Of a stretch of DNA of 64,000 nt, positions 37,979-48,731 are shown in pieces. The notes beneath the pieces were generated by a model that saw only the letters and a program-made list of their open reading frames with translations, had not been told where the DNA came from and searched no databases. The position numbers were made by a program, and so were the translations under genes. The DNA is from an uncultured Verrucomicrobiae bacterium (GTDB lineage Bacteria; Verrucomicrobiota; Verrucomicrobiia; Chthoniobacterales; UBA10450). The DNA is taken from the NCBI GenBank assembly GCA_963735805.1, contig CAVTMK010000004.1:128001-192000 (forward strand), read 5' to 3'. Each line of letters starts with the position of its first letter. The first letter of the stretch is position 1.

Positions 37979-38728
37979 GTGAAGGTGAGAAAGATATTCC
38001 ACATTTCCAGGAAACCAGTCGTGTCTTTCGCAAAAGGGAAGCAATCGCACGATTTGGACAGTGGCTTGGAACTACCGCGTTTTTATGGTCCACAGCGCCT
38101 CATCGCCATTGCGCGTGACCCATGGACACTCTTCGCGTATTGGAATCTTGATTGGGCATTGATCTTCAAAGATGCCGCGCCTTTCGGTCGAAGGGTTCAT
38201 CTCCGGATTCATTCTGGAGAAGGCTTGGAGGAGAAAGAAGCGACTGTCGAACCGATGGCTGGAATGCATCATGTTACAATGTCGCAACGGCATCGTTCGT
38301 GTCGCATGGAGATTGGATATTACCAGCCCGCTGACGTGTGGCATTCCGTGGTGATGTCCAATGAGGTTATGATGCCGCCCAGGGAAGTATCGGAATCTGA
38401 GGACGCGGATGTTGCTACAATTCCATTTCATCTCAGTTTTCAACAACTTGTTGAGTTGTACGGAGCGAATGACAATGCATTGGCCACCGTAATCTCGCGT
38501 TTTCAAACGCGCGCAGCGAGTAGTGAACAACATGAGACGTTAAGTTCTGAAGGGCGCAAAATTCTTCAAAGGGCGGGCATGGCGCTGTCCGAAATCACCG
38601 ATTCACGGCGTGCTTTCAATCAGGTCGATGGCGAAAAGCTTAAGAAACGTACCAGAGTCCTTCTTGGATCAGATGCAAGCAGTCCGCGGCGAGGATTCGG
38701 GGGTGACTGGACCTCAGCCGGATCTTAA
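37979..38728 (+). CDS. DUF4912-domain protein
   Basis: ELPRFYG..RL...ARDPWTLFAYW, EIGYY, SN.V..P; start uncertain. Confidence 0.7.
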   Translation: MKVRKIFHISRKPVVSFAKGKQSHDLDSGLELPRFYGPQRLIAIARDPWTLFAYWNLDWALIFKDAAPFGRRVHLRIHSGEGLEEKEATVEPMAGMHHVTMSQRHRSCRMEIGYYQPADVWHSVVMSNEVMMPPREVSESEDADVATIPFHLSFQQLVELYGANDNALATVISRFQTRAASSEQHETLSSEGRKILQRAGMALSEITDSRRAFNQVDGEKLKKRTRVLLGSDASSPRRGFGGDWTSAGS

Positions 38729-38805
38729 AGTTTTTGCCTCGCTAAATCTATCACCTGAGCGTTTCGCCAACGCTAACGCTGACTCGGCGAGATTGGTAAA
38801 GGTGG

Positions 38806-40503
38806 CTACTGTGCGCTTTCGCCTGGTGTTTCCATCATCAAGTGCCGGGCATGTGTATGATCGGAAACTTGCGCAACCAAGTTTAGCAGGGCGCCCAGAC
38901 TCCATGCGAGCACGAAGCCAGCGGCACCAATGACGATGCCGAGCGGGCCGGGAATGTAGTCCGTGCGATAACGAGCCAGCCACAGAATCGAGCCGAGCGA
39001 GCCGAATACAATCCAGATCACACCCGCGATTTTCAAGGCGCGCGACCATCCGGTTTCGCCGGGGACTTTGCGCGGACCGAGTTTGGAGTTGTAGATGCTA
39101 TAGCCGAAATAAATCACGATACCGAGGGCAAACCAGTAGATCAGTCGCTCCCATGTAAGCCACGGTAGCGAGACCATAAGATAGATCGCCGATATCGCGC
39201 CCATCGGCGCGACGAACCACACGGCGGGCGTCTTGAACGTCCGCGGCAACTCTGGTTCGCGCACTCGCAGCACAAGGACGCCAATTGAGACGATCACAAA
39301 GGCCAGCAGGGTACCGATGGAAACGAGGCTGCCAGCTTCGCGCACCGTGAAAACCGCCGCGAAACAGGCGACAAAAACTCCTGTCACGATCGTTGTGATC
39401 CACGGCGTACGGAATTTTGGATGAACCCTGCTCACAAACTTTGGCATCAAACCGTCACCTGCCATGGTCCAGAAAATCCGCGACTGGCCCAGCAACATCA
39501 CCAGAATAACCGAGCTTAGGCCCGCGATGGCGCCTAGCTTGATTATGGAGGCCATCCAGCCCACGCCCGCATGGTCGGCGGCGACGGCGATCGGATCAGG
39601 TACGTCGAGTTGCAGGTACGGGACAATGCCGGTGGCCACCAACGAAACTGCAATGTAGAGCACCGTGCAAATCAGCAGCGAGCCGATAATGCTGATTGGC
39701 ATGTCTCGCTGCGGATTTTTCGCTTCCTGCGCCGCCGTGCTGACGGCGTCGAATCCGATGTACGCAAAAAATACAATCCCTGCGCCCTGCATGACGCCGC
39801 TCCAACCGAAATGCCCGCGCACATCGGTGCTCGGCGGGATAAATGGATGCCAGTTGGCTGGATTCACTGCGTGAGCTGCGCCAACGATGAACAGCAGCAC
39901 CACCGCCACTTTCACGAACACGATAACATTATTGACCGTCGCCGATTCGCGAATGCCCACCACGAGTAGTAGTGTAATGATAGCGATGATGATGACGGCT
40001 GGCAGATTGAAGATTGCCATAACTTGTGTTCCGTCCGCCAGAGTAATGAGCGTCCCGCGCGCCGCCGACACCTGCGGCGGAATGTGAATGCCGATGTCTC
40101 GCAGAAACGAGACGACGTAGCCTGACCAACCGATGGAGACTGTGACCGCACCGAGCGCATACTCCAAGATCAAGTCCCAGCCGATGATCCATGCGAACAG
40201 TTCGCCGAGCGTCGCGTAGCCGTATGTATAGGCGCTGCCGGCCATTGGCACGAGCGACGCGAACTCGCTATAGCAGAGCGCCGCAAAGATCGAGGCCACC
40301 CCCGCGAGCACGAACGATAAAACTACCGCTGGCCCCGCGTTCTGCGCAGCGACCGTGCCGGTCAGCACAAAAATGCCTGTACCAATGATTGCGCCGATGC
40401 CAAGCGCCGTCAGGTTAGTCGCTCCAAGCGCCCGTTTCAGGCGGTCGTCGGTCAGTGCTTCAGCCTGAAGTTGCGTAACACTTTTTCGTCGAAATAAGTT
40501 CAT
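38806..40503 (-). CDS. APC family amino acid permease (cationic amino acid transporter-like)
   Basis: GIGAIIGTGIF, GSAYTY, FFAYIGFDAV, SIGTL. Confidence 0.92.
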   Translation of the reverse strand: MNLFRRKSVTQLQAEALTDDRLKRALGATNLTALGIGAIIGTGIFVLTGTVAAQNAGPAVVLSFVLAGVASIFAALCYSEFASLVPMAGSAYTYGYATLGELFAWIIGWDLILEYALGAVTVSIGWSGYVVSFLRDIGIHIPPQVSAARGTLITLADGTQVMAIFNLPAVIIIAIITLLLVVGIRESATVNNVIVFVKVAVVLLFIVGAAHAVNPANWHPFIPPSTDVRGHFGWSGVMQGAGIVFFAYIGFDAVSTAAQEAKNPQRDMPISIIGSLLICTVLYIAVSLVATGIVPYLQLDVPDPIAVAADHAGVGWMASIIKLGAIAGLSSVILVMLLGQSRIFWTMAGDGLMPKFVSRVHPKFRTPWITTIVTGVFVACFAAVFTVREAGSLVSIGTLLAFVIVSIGVLVLRVREPELPRTFKTPAVWFVAPMGAISAIYLMVSLPWLTWERLIYWFALGIVIYFGYSIYNSKLGPRKVPGETGWSRALKIAGVIWIVFGSLGSILWLARYRTDYIPGPLGIVIGAAGFVLAWSLGALLNLVAQVSDHTHARHLMMETPGESAQ

Positions 40504-40551
40504 ATGGGCTCAGTTGTCTTTGGTGGTGCTGATCGGGATGGACGGAGCAAG

Positions 40552-42057
40552 TCAAGCCGGTGCTGATCTTGCCCCAAGAAATTTCCAGCAAAAATAAATC
40601 GGCACCCCGGTCAACACGATTATTAGCCCGGGCCACGTGGTTGCGGTTTGATAGACGAATAGAACTAAAAGAATTGTGGTTGCGCCAACGATGTAAAGAA
40701 TGGGAACAAACGGGTATCCGAAGGCTTTGTATGGGCGCTCTGCATCCGGACGTTTCCAGCGCAGCAAGAACAGTCCGGCAATTGTGAGAATGTAAAAAAT
40801 TAGCGCGGCAGAAATTACGTAGTCGAGCAGGTTGCCGTAAAGATTCCCGTAACTTCCGTCGGCCTTTACGGTGCGCGGGAGCACGAGAATGCCAGCCCAA
40901 ATTCCTTGAATGATAAGGCCCCACGCCGGGACATGTTTTTTGTTCAACTCACCCACCCGCCGGAAAAAGAGACCGTCGCGTGCCATTGCATAATAAGCGC
41001 GCGCGCCTGCGAGGATCAGTCCATTATTGCAACCGAACGTTGAAACCATAATCGCGATCGCCATGATAGCCGCCCCGGCGCCAGGAAAAATTACGTTGGC
41101 TGTTTCCGAAGCGACGCGATCGCTTGGCGCATTTTGGATCGAAGCGAACGGAAGAGTTGCCAGATAAGCGACGTTCGCCAGTAGATAAAGTCCGATAACC
41201 AGAAGCGTGCCAAACGCCAGAGAGAGCGGAATGTTGCGTCGCGGTTCTTTCACTTCTCCGGCGATGAACGTAATGTTGTTCCACGCGTCAGCGGAAAAAA
41301 GCGAGTTCGTTTGCGCCACACAGATCCCAACAAAGAGACCGAACGCGGTCGCTGCCGTAAGTCCTGCTCCCACATCCTGCAGGCCGCCTCTCAAAGTCCA
41401 AAAGTCACGAAAGTTCTCCGCACCGGCTCCTGACTTAACACCAACGACGATTCCCAGGACGACCAACGCGATGAGCGCACCCGTTTTGGCCGTGGTAAAA
41501 ATATTTTGCACGAGCCTTCCGAGATTTAATCCCCGTGTGTTCATGAAGGTCAGCAGCGCGATCATGGCCAGACCGAGACACTGCGCGGTAGAAAGTGAAA
41601 CAGCGTAGCCACTGAACCAGCCGCCAAGACGGATCGGCGGGATCAGATAGCTGGATTCAGAAAACCAGGGGATAAGCACGCCGCTGTAACGCGCAAACCC
41701 GACAGCCACCGCCGCGATCGTGCCGGTTTGAATTACTAGAAAAAGTGTCCATCCGTAGAGAAAACCCCAGAACGGGCTGTACGCTTCGCGCAGATAAACG
41801 TACTGGCCACCAGCCTTTGGCATCATCGCTGCCAGTTCGCCGTACGACAGCGCGGCCATCAGCGTCAGTAAACCGGTCACGATCCACACAACCAGCAACC
41901 AACCGGGCGAACCGACCTGCCGCGCGATGATCGCGGACACAATGAAAATTCCCGAGCCGATCATCGACCCTGCAACAAGCATGGTTGAATCAAGCAGACC
42001 AAGGCCTCTGACGAATTTTTGTTCGGTTACAGGTGTTTCGGTTATCGCCGTCGTCAT
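40552..42057 (-). CDS. APC family amino acid permease
   Basis: GSMIGSGIF, AGGQYVYL, DAWNN..F.AGE. Confidence 0.92.
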   Translation of the reverse strand: MTTAITETPVTEQKFVRGLGLLDSTMLVAGSMIGSGIFIVSAIIARQVGSPGWLLVVWIVTGLLTLMAALSYGELAAMMPKAGGQYVYLREAYSPFWGFLYGWTLFLVIQTGTIAAVAVGFARYSGVLIPWFSESSYLIPPIRLGGWFSGYAVSLSTAQCLGLAMIALLTFMNTRGLNLGRLVQNIFTTAKTGALIALVVLGIVVGVKSGAGAENFRDFWTLRGGLQDVGAGLTAATAFGLFVGICVAQTNSLFSADAWNNITFIAGEVKEPRRNIPLSLAFGTLLVIGLYLLANVAYLATLPFASIQNAPSDRVASETANVIFPGAGAAIMAIAIMVSTFGCNNGLILAGARAYYAMARDGLFFRRVGELNKKHVPAWGLIIQGIWAGILVLPRTVKADGSYGNLYGNLLDYVISAALIFYILTIAGLFLLRWKRPDAERPYKAFGYPFVPILYIVGATTILLVLFVYQTATTWPGLIIVLTGVPIYFCWKFLGARSAPA

Positions 42058-42100
42058 GTGAGCCGGTTGAATTTGGCGGAGAGTAAATCATCACTCGGGC

Positions 42101-43240
42101 ATGGCACGCAACGACAAAACGCTCGGGTTATGTTCGTGGGCAATCGATTCTAAAACGCGAAAGTGCTTTCGCGTAAAAAGAACCGTGTTAATCTCACGCC
42201 CCGTGACGTGTTCAAACCAGCGTCGATTGAGCCGGACGTTTTTGTCAATCTCGTGCGCTGCATTGGTGTTGGTCGCCGGATTGACTGCCGCGCCGCAGGT
42301 CACTTACGCGCGAGTAGCCCCGCACTTTGAAGCGCTACCACTTGTGCGCTCTCGACAAAATCATTTGATGGTACGCGCGTTTATCAACGGCAGAGAGGCA
42401 TGGCTCACGATTGATAGTGGCGCGCCGGTAAGCGCAATCGCCGTGAATCGTCGCAAGTATTTTCGTCTCAGACCAATCACGGCCAAATCGGACCTCCCGG
42501 CGCGCATTCAGATTAACGGCGCATTCAATAATGTGACCATCGCGCGCGAACTGCGGCTCGGAGGGCTAACTTTGATCGATGAACCGGTGGTTACTGTCGA
42601 TCTGGGAAACTCTGCTCGTGCTGCGAGACTGGTTCACGAGGAGCAAATCGATGGAATTATCGGAGCGGATATCCTTTTTCCAACCCAGGCGGTGCTCGAC
42701 TGTCAGCGGCAGTTGCTCATTTTGAAGACCGATCCTGATGCCTTGGGCGGCGTCCCCGGTTTCGACCGAAGAGGATTGCAAGCGGTTCCGATTCAAGTCA
42801 GCGACGGTTTCAATTTGTATGTGAGTGGTTCGATTAATGGGAAATCTGCCAAGTTTATGGTCGATACTGGCTCGTTTGCCACGCTGTTGCATCGCTCTTT
42901 CGTTCGGCGAATGCGAATTGCTACCCGCGAGACGCAGTATAGTTCTTCGGCCGTGAATCTGAAGGATCGCGGCCTGCGCATTGCGACGATTCGGAAATTA
43001 TCAGTGGGCTCGGTGGATATTATTGGGAAGGACATAGGCGTGGTTGATCTGGAAGGATTAATTCACGATGGCTTGTTGGGTGGTTCGCCGCCCGTTGCCG
43101 GCCTGCTTGGTGCCGAGACGCTGCGGCGCCATCATGGAATCATCGACTTTGGCACGCGCACGCTCTATTTACAGAAGCGTGAGATTCCGTGGCAGCGATC
43201 TGGCTGGCGGCGTTCCGCCGGCCCTAACTTGACCTACTAG
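42101..43240 (+). CDS. Two-domain retropepsin-like aspartyl protease
   Basis: TIDSGA and MVDTGS with GIIG / GLLG motifs; start uncertain. Confidence 0.8.
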   Translation: MARNDKTLGLCSWAIDSKTRKCFRVKRTVLISRPVTCSNQRRLSRTFLSISCAALVLVAGLTAAPQVTYARVAPHFEALPLVRSRQNHLMVRAFINGREAWLTIDSGAPVSAIAVNRRKYFRLRPITAKSDLPARIQINGAFNNVTIARELRLGGLTLIDEPVVTVDLGNSARAARLVHEEQIDGIIGADILFPTQAVLDCQRQLLILKTDPDALGGVPGFDRRGLQAVPIQVSDGFNLYVSGSINGKSAKFMVDTGSFATLLHRSFVRRMRIATRETQYSSSAVNLKDRGLRIATIRKLSVGSVDIIGKDIGVVDLEGLIHDGLLGGSPPVAGLLGAETLRRHHGIIDFGTRTLYLQKREIPWQRSGWRRSAGPNLTY

Positions 43241-43364
43241 GATTACTGAGTAACCGCGCGGTTACCCTGTAACCAGGATGGAAACGGAAAAAAGACGATT
43301 CGCGGCGATTGCCTGTGCGACGCTCTCCGATATGAAGGAATCGGCAGCCCTATAGTACCAAAGC

Positions 43365-43601
43365 ATGCACGAAGCAGAACGAAGTGATCTCCGGCTAACG
43401 CGCATCCGAGCGTTGGCGATCGGAGCGCAGAGCGTCGGAGCGTTCGCACTAGGCGCGCTGGCGATTGGAGCCGTTGCGGTGGGCGCCGCCGCCATTGGAC
43501 GTCTTGTCATAGGGCGAGCGAAAATCCAGCATCTTGAGATCGGCGAACTCGTTGTGAACAGATTGCGTGTGAACGAATCGCTGGAAATTCCGCACGATTG
43601 A
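43365..43601 (+). CDS. Small pentapeptide-repeat hypothetical protein
   Basis: LAIGA QSVGA FALGA LAIGA VAVGA AAIGR LVIGR... Confidence 0.65.
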   Translation: MHEAERSDLRLTRIRALAIGAQSVGAFALGALAIGAVAVGAAAIGRLVIGRAKIQHLEIGELVVNRLRVNESLEIPHD

Positions 43602-43652
43602 GTTAATCGCGTTTCAAACAGTTCCTTTCGCCTTACCCGTGTCTGTGGTGCG

Positions 43653-44600
43653 ATGAATATGATCACGCAAGCTTTCGTTCTCGCCGCTGGACTTGGCACA
43701 CGCCTGCGGCCGCTGACGAACGATTTGCCGAAGCCCCTCATTCCGATTTTTCAAAAGCCGCTCGTCACCTTCGCGCTCGATCAGTTAATCGATGTGGGTG
43801 TGGAAAAGTTCGTCGTTAACACGCACAAGCAGGCCGAACTATTTGAAAACGCCTTTGACGATAACGAGTATCAAAATCATTCGGTTACGCTGGTTCACGA
43901 GCCGGATTTGCTTGAGACGGGCGGCGGAATCAAGAATGTGGAACGCTATCTCGGCAGCGGGCCATTCCTGACTTACAGCGGCGACATCTTGACCGACATC
44001 AACCTTCAAGCCTTGATCGACGAACATTTTCGCCGCGGGAACGATGTCACGCTCGCATTGCGCAACACAAATTTGGCTTCGGACGTGGCTCTGAGCGATC
44101 ACCGCGTCGTAGATATCGCGAATCGCTACGGCAGGACCGGAAATCTTGATTTCGCGAACATCGCTGTTTGGAATCCGACGATTTTCCAACAGATCCCGCC
44201 GCGACAGAAGATTTCATTCATTCCGATTGTTGCGGATTGGATAGGCAAGGGTGGTAGGATCGGCGGCCTGGTAATGAACGACGGAAAATGGTTCAACATT
44301 GGCTCTCGCGGTGCATATCTCGACGTGCATCGCACAATTCTGCGAGAACACTGGGTGCCTCAATATCTCAAGTTACGTCAGTGGCCCGAGCGTGTCGCGA
44401 AATCAGCCTTCGTTGATCCGAGCGCACAGGTGCGCGGCTGCTCGGTTGTTGGAGAAAATTGCCAGGTCAGCGCGGGAGCCATCCTCGAAGACACGATTTT
44501 GTGGCCGGGCGCACAAATTGCTTCCAAAAGTCAGCTTCACGGTTGTATTGTCCGCTCCCAAAAAAAGGTCAGCGGGATCCATTGCAACAGTGACATCTAA
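43653..44600 (+). CDS. Sugar-phosphate nucleotidyltransferase (MurU-like) with C-terminal beta-helix
   Basis: LAAGLGTRLRPLT..PKPL, ETGGG; hexapeptide-like tail. Confidence 0.85.
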   Translation: MNMITQAFVLAAGLGTRLRPLTNDLPKPLIPIFQKPLVTFALDQLIDVGVEKFVVNTHKQAELFENAFDDNEYQNHSVTLVHEPDLLETGGGIKNVERYLGSGPFLTYSGDILTDINLQALIDEHFRRGNDVTLALRNTNLASDVALSDHRVVDIANRYGRTGNLDFANIAVWNPTIFQQIPPRQKISFIPIVADWIGKGGRIGGLVMNDGKWFNIGSRGAYLDVHRTILREHWVPQYLKLRQWPERVAKSAFVDPSAQVRGCSVVGENCQVSAGAILEDTILWPGAQIASKSQLHGCIVRSQKKVSGIHCNSDI

Positions 44601-44601
44601 A

Positions 44602-45591
44602 ATGAGGACCGAATTTCTTCTCCGGCGAACGCGGTTGCATTTTCCGCTACTGGATGTGGCCGACATAAAAATTCGCCCGATCGAAAAAGGCGGATCCGAT
44701 CGAAAATTCTATCGGATACGTTGCTCGGCGGATCAAACGCTGATCCTGGTTAAGTACCACCTGGAGCGTGAAGAAAATCGGCATTACGTGGAGATCGCGA
44801 AATTTCTCGATGCCCACGGAATTCGAGTCCCTAAAATTTATTTTCACGATGCATCGGAGGGGCTGATCTGGATCGAGGACCTGGGTGAGCAGGATCTCCA
44901 CAGTTATCGGGGTGATAGCTGGCTCGTCCGTCGCGCGTTTTATGAATCAGCGCTCGATGAAATCATCAAGCTTCACAGTCTGCCAGAGTCCGTGTGCTTG
45001 GAAATGAAGGAGCATTTGCCCGCAGAGTTTAACGCTGCGCTGTACCGCTGGGAACAGAGATACTTTTTCAACAATTGTCTCGGCCGCTATTTCAGGGTCG
45101 ACGAGTCAAAGCGCAAGGAGCTGGCAGCCCTTCCCAGTCTGCGCGAAATTGCAAGACGTCTGGCAAGTTTGCCAAGGGTTTTAGTCCATCGCGATTTTCA
45201 ATCGCAAAATATCATTCTTCAGAACGGACAGGCTAAACTAATTGATTTTCAGGGGATGCGACCGGGATTGGCTGAATATGATCTGGCGTCATTGCTTTTT
45301 GATCCGTATGTCGAGCTTTCAGACGCAGAGCGATCTGAGTTGATTAGTTATTACCGGCAAAAACAGACGGACAATGGGTGCACAGTTGACGGACAGTTCG
45401 ACGACACGCTGCAATTGTGCGCGATGCAACGACTGATGCAGGCTCTGGGTGCTTATGGCTTTCTGGGGTTGGTTCGGGGCCATGAGCATTTTCTGCAATA
45501 CGTTCCAATCGCCGTGCGCTCGCTGCGGGGTATCGTGGCGAAGATCGACGACCTTAAGCCACTCGCTTCTCTTCTCGCCGATCTTGGTTAG
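44602..45591 (+). CDS. AmgK-like anomeric MurNAc/GlcNAc kinase (APH family phosphotransferase)
   Basis: GGSDRKFYR, EDLG, HRDFQSQN, IDFQG, YDLASLL.DPY, QRLMQALGAYGFL. Confidence 0.8.
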   Translation: MRTEFLLRRTRLHFPLLDVADIKIRPIEKGGSDRKFYRIRCSADQTLILVKYHLEREENRHYVEIAKFLDAHGIRVPKIYFHDASEGLIWIEDLGEQDLHSYRGDSWLVRRAFYESALDEIIKLHSLPESVCLEMKEHLPAEFNAALYRWEQRYFFNNCLGRYFRVDESKRKELAALPSLREIARRLASLPRVLVHRDFQSQNIILQNGQAKLIDFQGMRPGLAEYDLASLLFDPYVELSDAERSELISYYRQKQTDNGCTVDGQFDDTLQLCAMQRLMQALGAYGFLGLVRGHEHFLQYVPIAVRSLRGIVAKIDDLKPLASLLADLG

Positions 45592-45615
45592 TTCCTGGAT
45601 TCGAGATTGTGGGCG

Positions 45616-46233
45616 CTACCGTGGGCCGACGAAAGTATTCGTCTGGCGCTCGCGTCCGATCTGCGTCGGCGGGCCGTGCCCTGGAAGCACTGTGACTTCA
45701 TCGCCGAGTGGAAATAATTTTTTCCTGATCTCCTCGATTAACAGATCGATATCGCCACCCGGTAGATCTCCGCGGCCGATGCTGCCGGCAAACAAAACAT
45801 CACCGCCGATAAGCAATCGATCGTTCGGCAGAAAGAAGCAGAGACTGCCCGGGCAATGCCCCGGAACTTCCAGCACTTGGAATTGCGCACCGAGAAAATC
45901 CCGGCTCGCCGTTTCTTCGATCAGAAAATCAGGGTTCACCGGCTCGATCTCCAGTGCGAAACCAAAGCTGCGGAAAAATTCTCGATCGGAAATCATCGGC
46001 GCGGTGACCGGGTGACAACCAATGGGACAACCGAACTGCCGTTTAATCCTGGCGACATCCTGGATGTGATCGACGTGACCATGTGTCAGAAGCAAGAGTT
46101 TGAGTTCGATACCAATCGATTTGACCCATTCACAGGCACCTTCAGGTGCGTCGAAAAGAATCCAGCCCTGTGGCGCCTCAAGCAGGTAACAATTCGTTTC
46201 AAAAATGCCACCGCAGAACTTCTTGTAATTCAT
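45616..46233 (-). CDS. MBL-fold metallo-hydrolase (glyoxalase II-like)
   Basis: THGHVDH, PGHCPG, GDVLF.GSIGR.DL, PGHG. Confidence 0.9.
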   Translation of the reverse strand: MNYKKFCGGIFETNCYLLEAPQGWILFDAPEGACEWVKSIGIELKLLLLTHGHVDHIQDVARIKRQFGCPIGCHPVTAPMISDREFFRSFGFALEIEPVNPDFLIEETASRDFLGAQFQVLEVPGHCPGSLCFFLPNDRLLIGGDVLFAGSIGRGDLPGGDIDLLIEEIRKKLFPLGDEVTVLPGHGPPTQIGRERQTNTFVGPR

Positions 46234-46402
46234 CGGGTTTAATTGTAGCGGGATTTGGCTACAGCTGAAGCAGAGAGCCTTTACGAATATTTGAATGTTC
46301 CCGACTGTGGATTGTCTCATTCCTACTTACATGCCGATTTTGTCTCGTTCTCTTGCGCTTCATGCTGAAATCTGCGAACCTAACTAACCCTTCTTTTCAC
46401 CG

Positions 46403-48637
46403 ATGAGATCATCTTTGCAACGATCCTTAGCGCTTTGCGCCATTCTGTTAACCGCCGTAATTGCCGTTCCACCGGCCAGGGCTGCATCGAGAGAAACAGT
46501 TGCCATGTCGGTCGGCCGTCTCCTGGAGGAGGGCCATTACACGCGCCAGAAACTCAACGAGGAAGTTTCGAAAAAATTTCTACAGACGTATCTGGAGATG
46601 CTCGACTTCAGCCATTTCTTTTTTACCCAGAAGGATGTCGATGAGATGACCGCCAAGTATGGCAGTTCGATGGCCGGGGACGTCCTGCTGGGAAATCTCA
46701 AACCAGCCTATGAAATTTATGCTCTCTATACGAAACGGGTGGATGATCGTGTCGCTAAAATAAAAGAGCTTTTGAAGCAACCGATCGACTTCAAGAGCAA
46801 CGCGACGGTTGAATTGAGCCGTCAAAAATCGCCATGGCCAAAAGATGAGGCGGAAGCCGATCAACTCTGGCGTGGTCGAATCACCAACGATCTCTTGCAG
46901 GAACATCTGAGCGAACATCCAATCGAGCCAGCACCTCAACTGGTTTCACGCCGGTACGATCGCCTCGCTAAGAACGTCCATGAGGAAGATAAGGACGAGC
47001 AAATGAAGCTCTACCTCGATGCGCTCGCACAGGCATATGACCCGCATTCCGAATACTTAAGCAAGGCCGACATGAAGAATTTCAGTATCAATATGGGTCT
47101 GTCGCTTGTGGGTATCGGCGCCATGCTGCGCTCAGAAGACGGCTACGCGAAAATTGAAAACCTCGTTCCGGGCGGGCCGGCACAGGCCGATGGACGACTC
47201 AAGGTCGGGGATCGAATCACTGCCGTTGCACAGGGGCCGGCCGACTACGTCGATGTCCGCGAAATGCGGTTGGACAAGGTTGTCGAGATGATCCGCGGCA
47301 AGAAAGGCACGCATGTGCGCTTGCTGGTGATCCCTTCAGATGCAACAGACCCGTCGCGCCGGAAAAATGTCGAGCTTGTCCGCGATGAAATTAAGCTGAA
47401 AGACCAAGAAGCGCGCGCCGATATCATTATCAGGAAAGACGAAAACGGCGATCCCATCAAACTTGGATGGCTTACTCTGCCTTCTTTTTATGCTGACATG
47501 GACAAACACCAGAAAAGCACGACGCGCGATGTGCTGGCGTTGCTCAAGCGGCTGAAGAAAGAAAACATCGCCGGCTTGGTTATTGATCTCCGACGAAATG
47601 GTGGTGGGTCGCTGGAGGAAGCACTGTCGCTCACAGGCTTGTTTTTGAAATCCGGCCCAATCGTTCAGACGAAAGATTATAACGGAAGCATCAGAGTTTC
47701 TGCGAATCCCGACCCGGGCATCGCTTATTCCGGCCCTATGATCGTGTTGACCAGCCGGCAAAGCGCGTCCGCGAGTGAGATTTTCGCGGCAGCTCTTCAG
47801 GATTATGGTCGGGCTGTGATTGTCGGTGACAAAAACACATTCGGTAAAGGGACCGTACAGACGATTCTTCCGATTGGCAGGTTCGCTTCACTGCTGGGCG
47901 GCCATAGCGATGAGGATGGTGCGTTGAAATTGACAATTCAGAAATTTTATCGCGTTGCCGGCGGGTCCACCCAACTCCACGGTGTGGCTTCAGACGTTGT
48001 TCTGCCGAGTCTGAGTGATCTTCCGGAATTCGGCGAGAGCGCGTTAAAGAACGCCCTTCCCTACGACGAGGTAGCTAAGGCGAGATATACGAAGTGGTCG
48101 GATAGTCATTCCCTATTTATCGATCAACTGCGTCGACGCTCGGAGGAACGCGTCAAGAACGACCCCGAATTTCACTATGTGGTGGACGACATTGGCCGCT
48201 TGCGTCACAAGCTCGATGAGAATCGAATTTCGCTGAACGAAGATGCGCGAAAGAAAGAGCTTCAGGACGACAAAGCGCGTAAGGAAATCCGTTCGAAGGA
48301 GCGCCTGGCGCGCAATGAGGAGGAACCCCGAATTTACCGGGTGACGCTCGACACGGTTGATAAACCAAATCTCCAATTAATTATGTACCCCGGGAAATTG
48401 GCTGAGGCGAAAAAGAACGGCGTTACTCCGAAGGTTGATTCTGACGCTGCTTCCGATGCAGACACGGATTTAATCGGCGGTGGCGCTGACGGTGACGACG
48501 ATACCAAGACACCGGCGATCGACCCGGAGCGCGACGAGACACTTAACATCTTGACGGATCTGGTGGATCTCTCGCGTGGACCGAAGACGGCCAGTGCCAA
48601 TAGTGTTGATAAGGCCGCGCCCGAACAACGGCCGTAG
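46403..48637 (+). CDS. prc: Carboxy-terminal processing (tail-specific) protease, S41
   Basis: DPHSEY, PDZ (GIGA), DLRRNGGG, SASASEI, FGKGTVQ. Confidence 0.92.
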   Translation: MRSSLQRSLALCAILLTAVIAVPPARAASRETVAMSVGRLLEEGHYTRQKLNEEVSKKFLQTYLEMLDFSHFFFTQKDVDEMTAKYGSSMAGDVLLGNLKPAYEIYALYTKRVDDRVAKIKELLKQPIDFKSNATVELSRQKSPWPKDEAEADQLWRGRITNDLLQEHLSEHPIEPAPQLVSRRYDRLAKNVHEEDKDEQMKLYLDALAQAYDPHSEYLSKADMKNFSINMGLSLVGIGAMLRSEDGYAKIENLVPGGPAQADGRLKVGDRITAVAQGPADYVDVREMRLDKVVEMIRGKKGTHVRLLVIPSDATDPSRRKNVELVRDEIKLKDQEARADIIIRKDENGDPIKLGWLTLPSFYADMDKHQKSTTRDVLALLKRLKKENIAGLVIDLRRNGGGSLEEALSLTGLFLKSGPIVQTKDYNGSIRVSANPDPGIAYSGPMIVLTSRQSASASEIFAAALQDYGRAVIVGDKNTFGKGTVQTILPIGRFASLLGGHSDEDGALKLTIQKFYRVAGGSTQLHGVASDVVLPSLSDLPEFGESALKNALPYDEVAKARYTKWSDSHSLFIDQLRRRSEERVKNDPEFHYVVDDIGRLRHKLDENRISLNEDARKKELQDDKARKEIRSKERLARNEEEPRIYRVTLDTVDKPNLQLIMYPGKLAEAKKNGVTPKVDSDAASDADTDLIGGGADGDDDTKTPAIDPERDETLNILTDLVDLSRGPKTASANSVDKAAPEQRP

Positions 48638-48731
48638 CCCGCGCGCTTTGCCTTCTTTCTTCGGGTAGGCGCTCTGTCTTTCTGCACACCTGCGCTTCGT
48701 TCCGCGGGACACGCCGGCCTCTATCCGGCAC

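Noticed and set aside
44299..44601. N-terminal extension of the AmgK-like ORF
   Set aside because: Overlaps the nucleotidyltransferase; ATG at 44602 follows its stop directly
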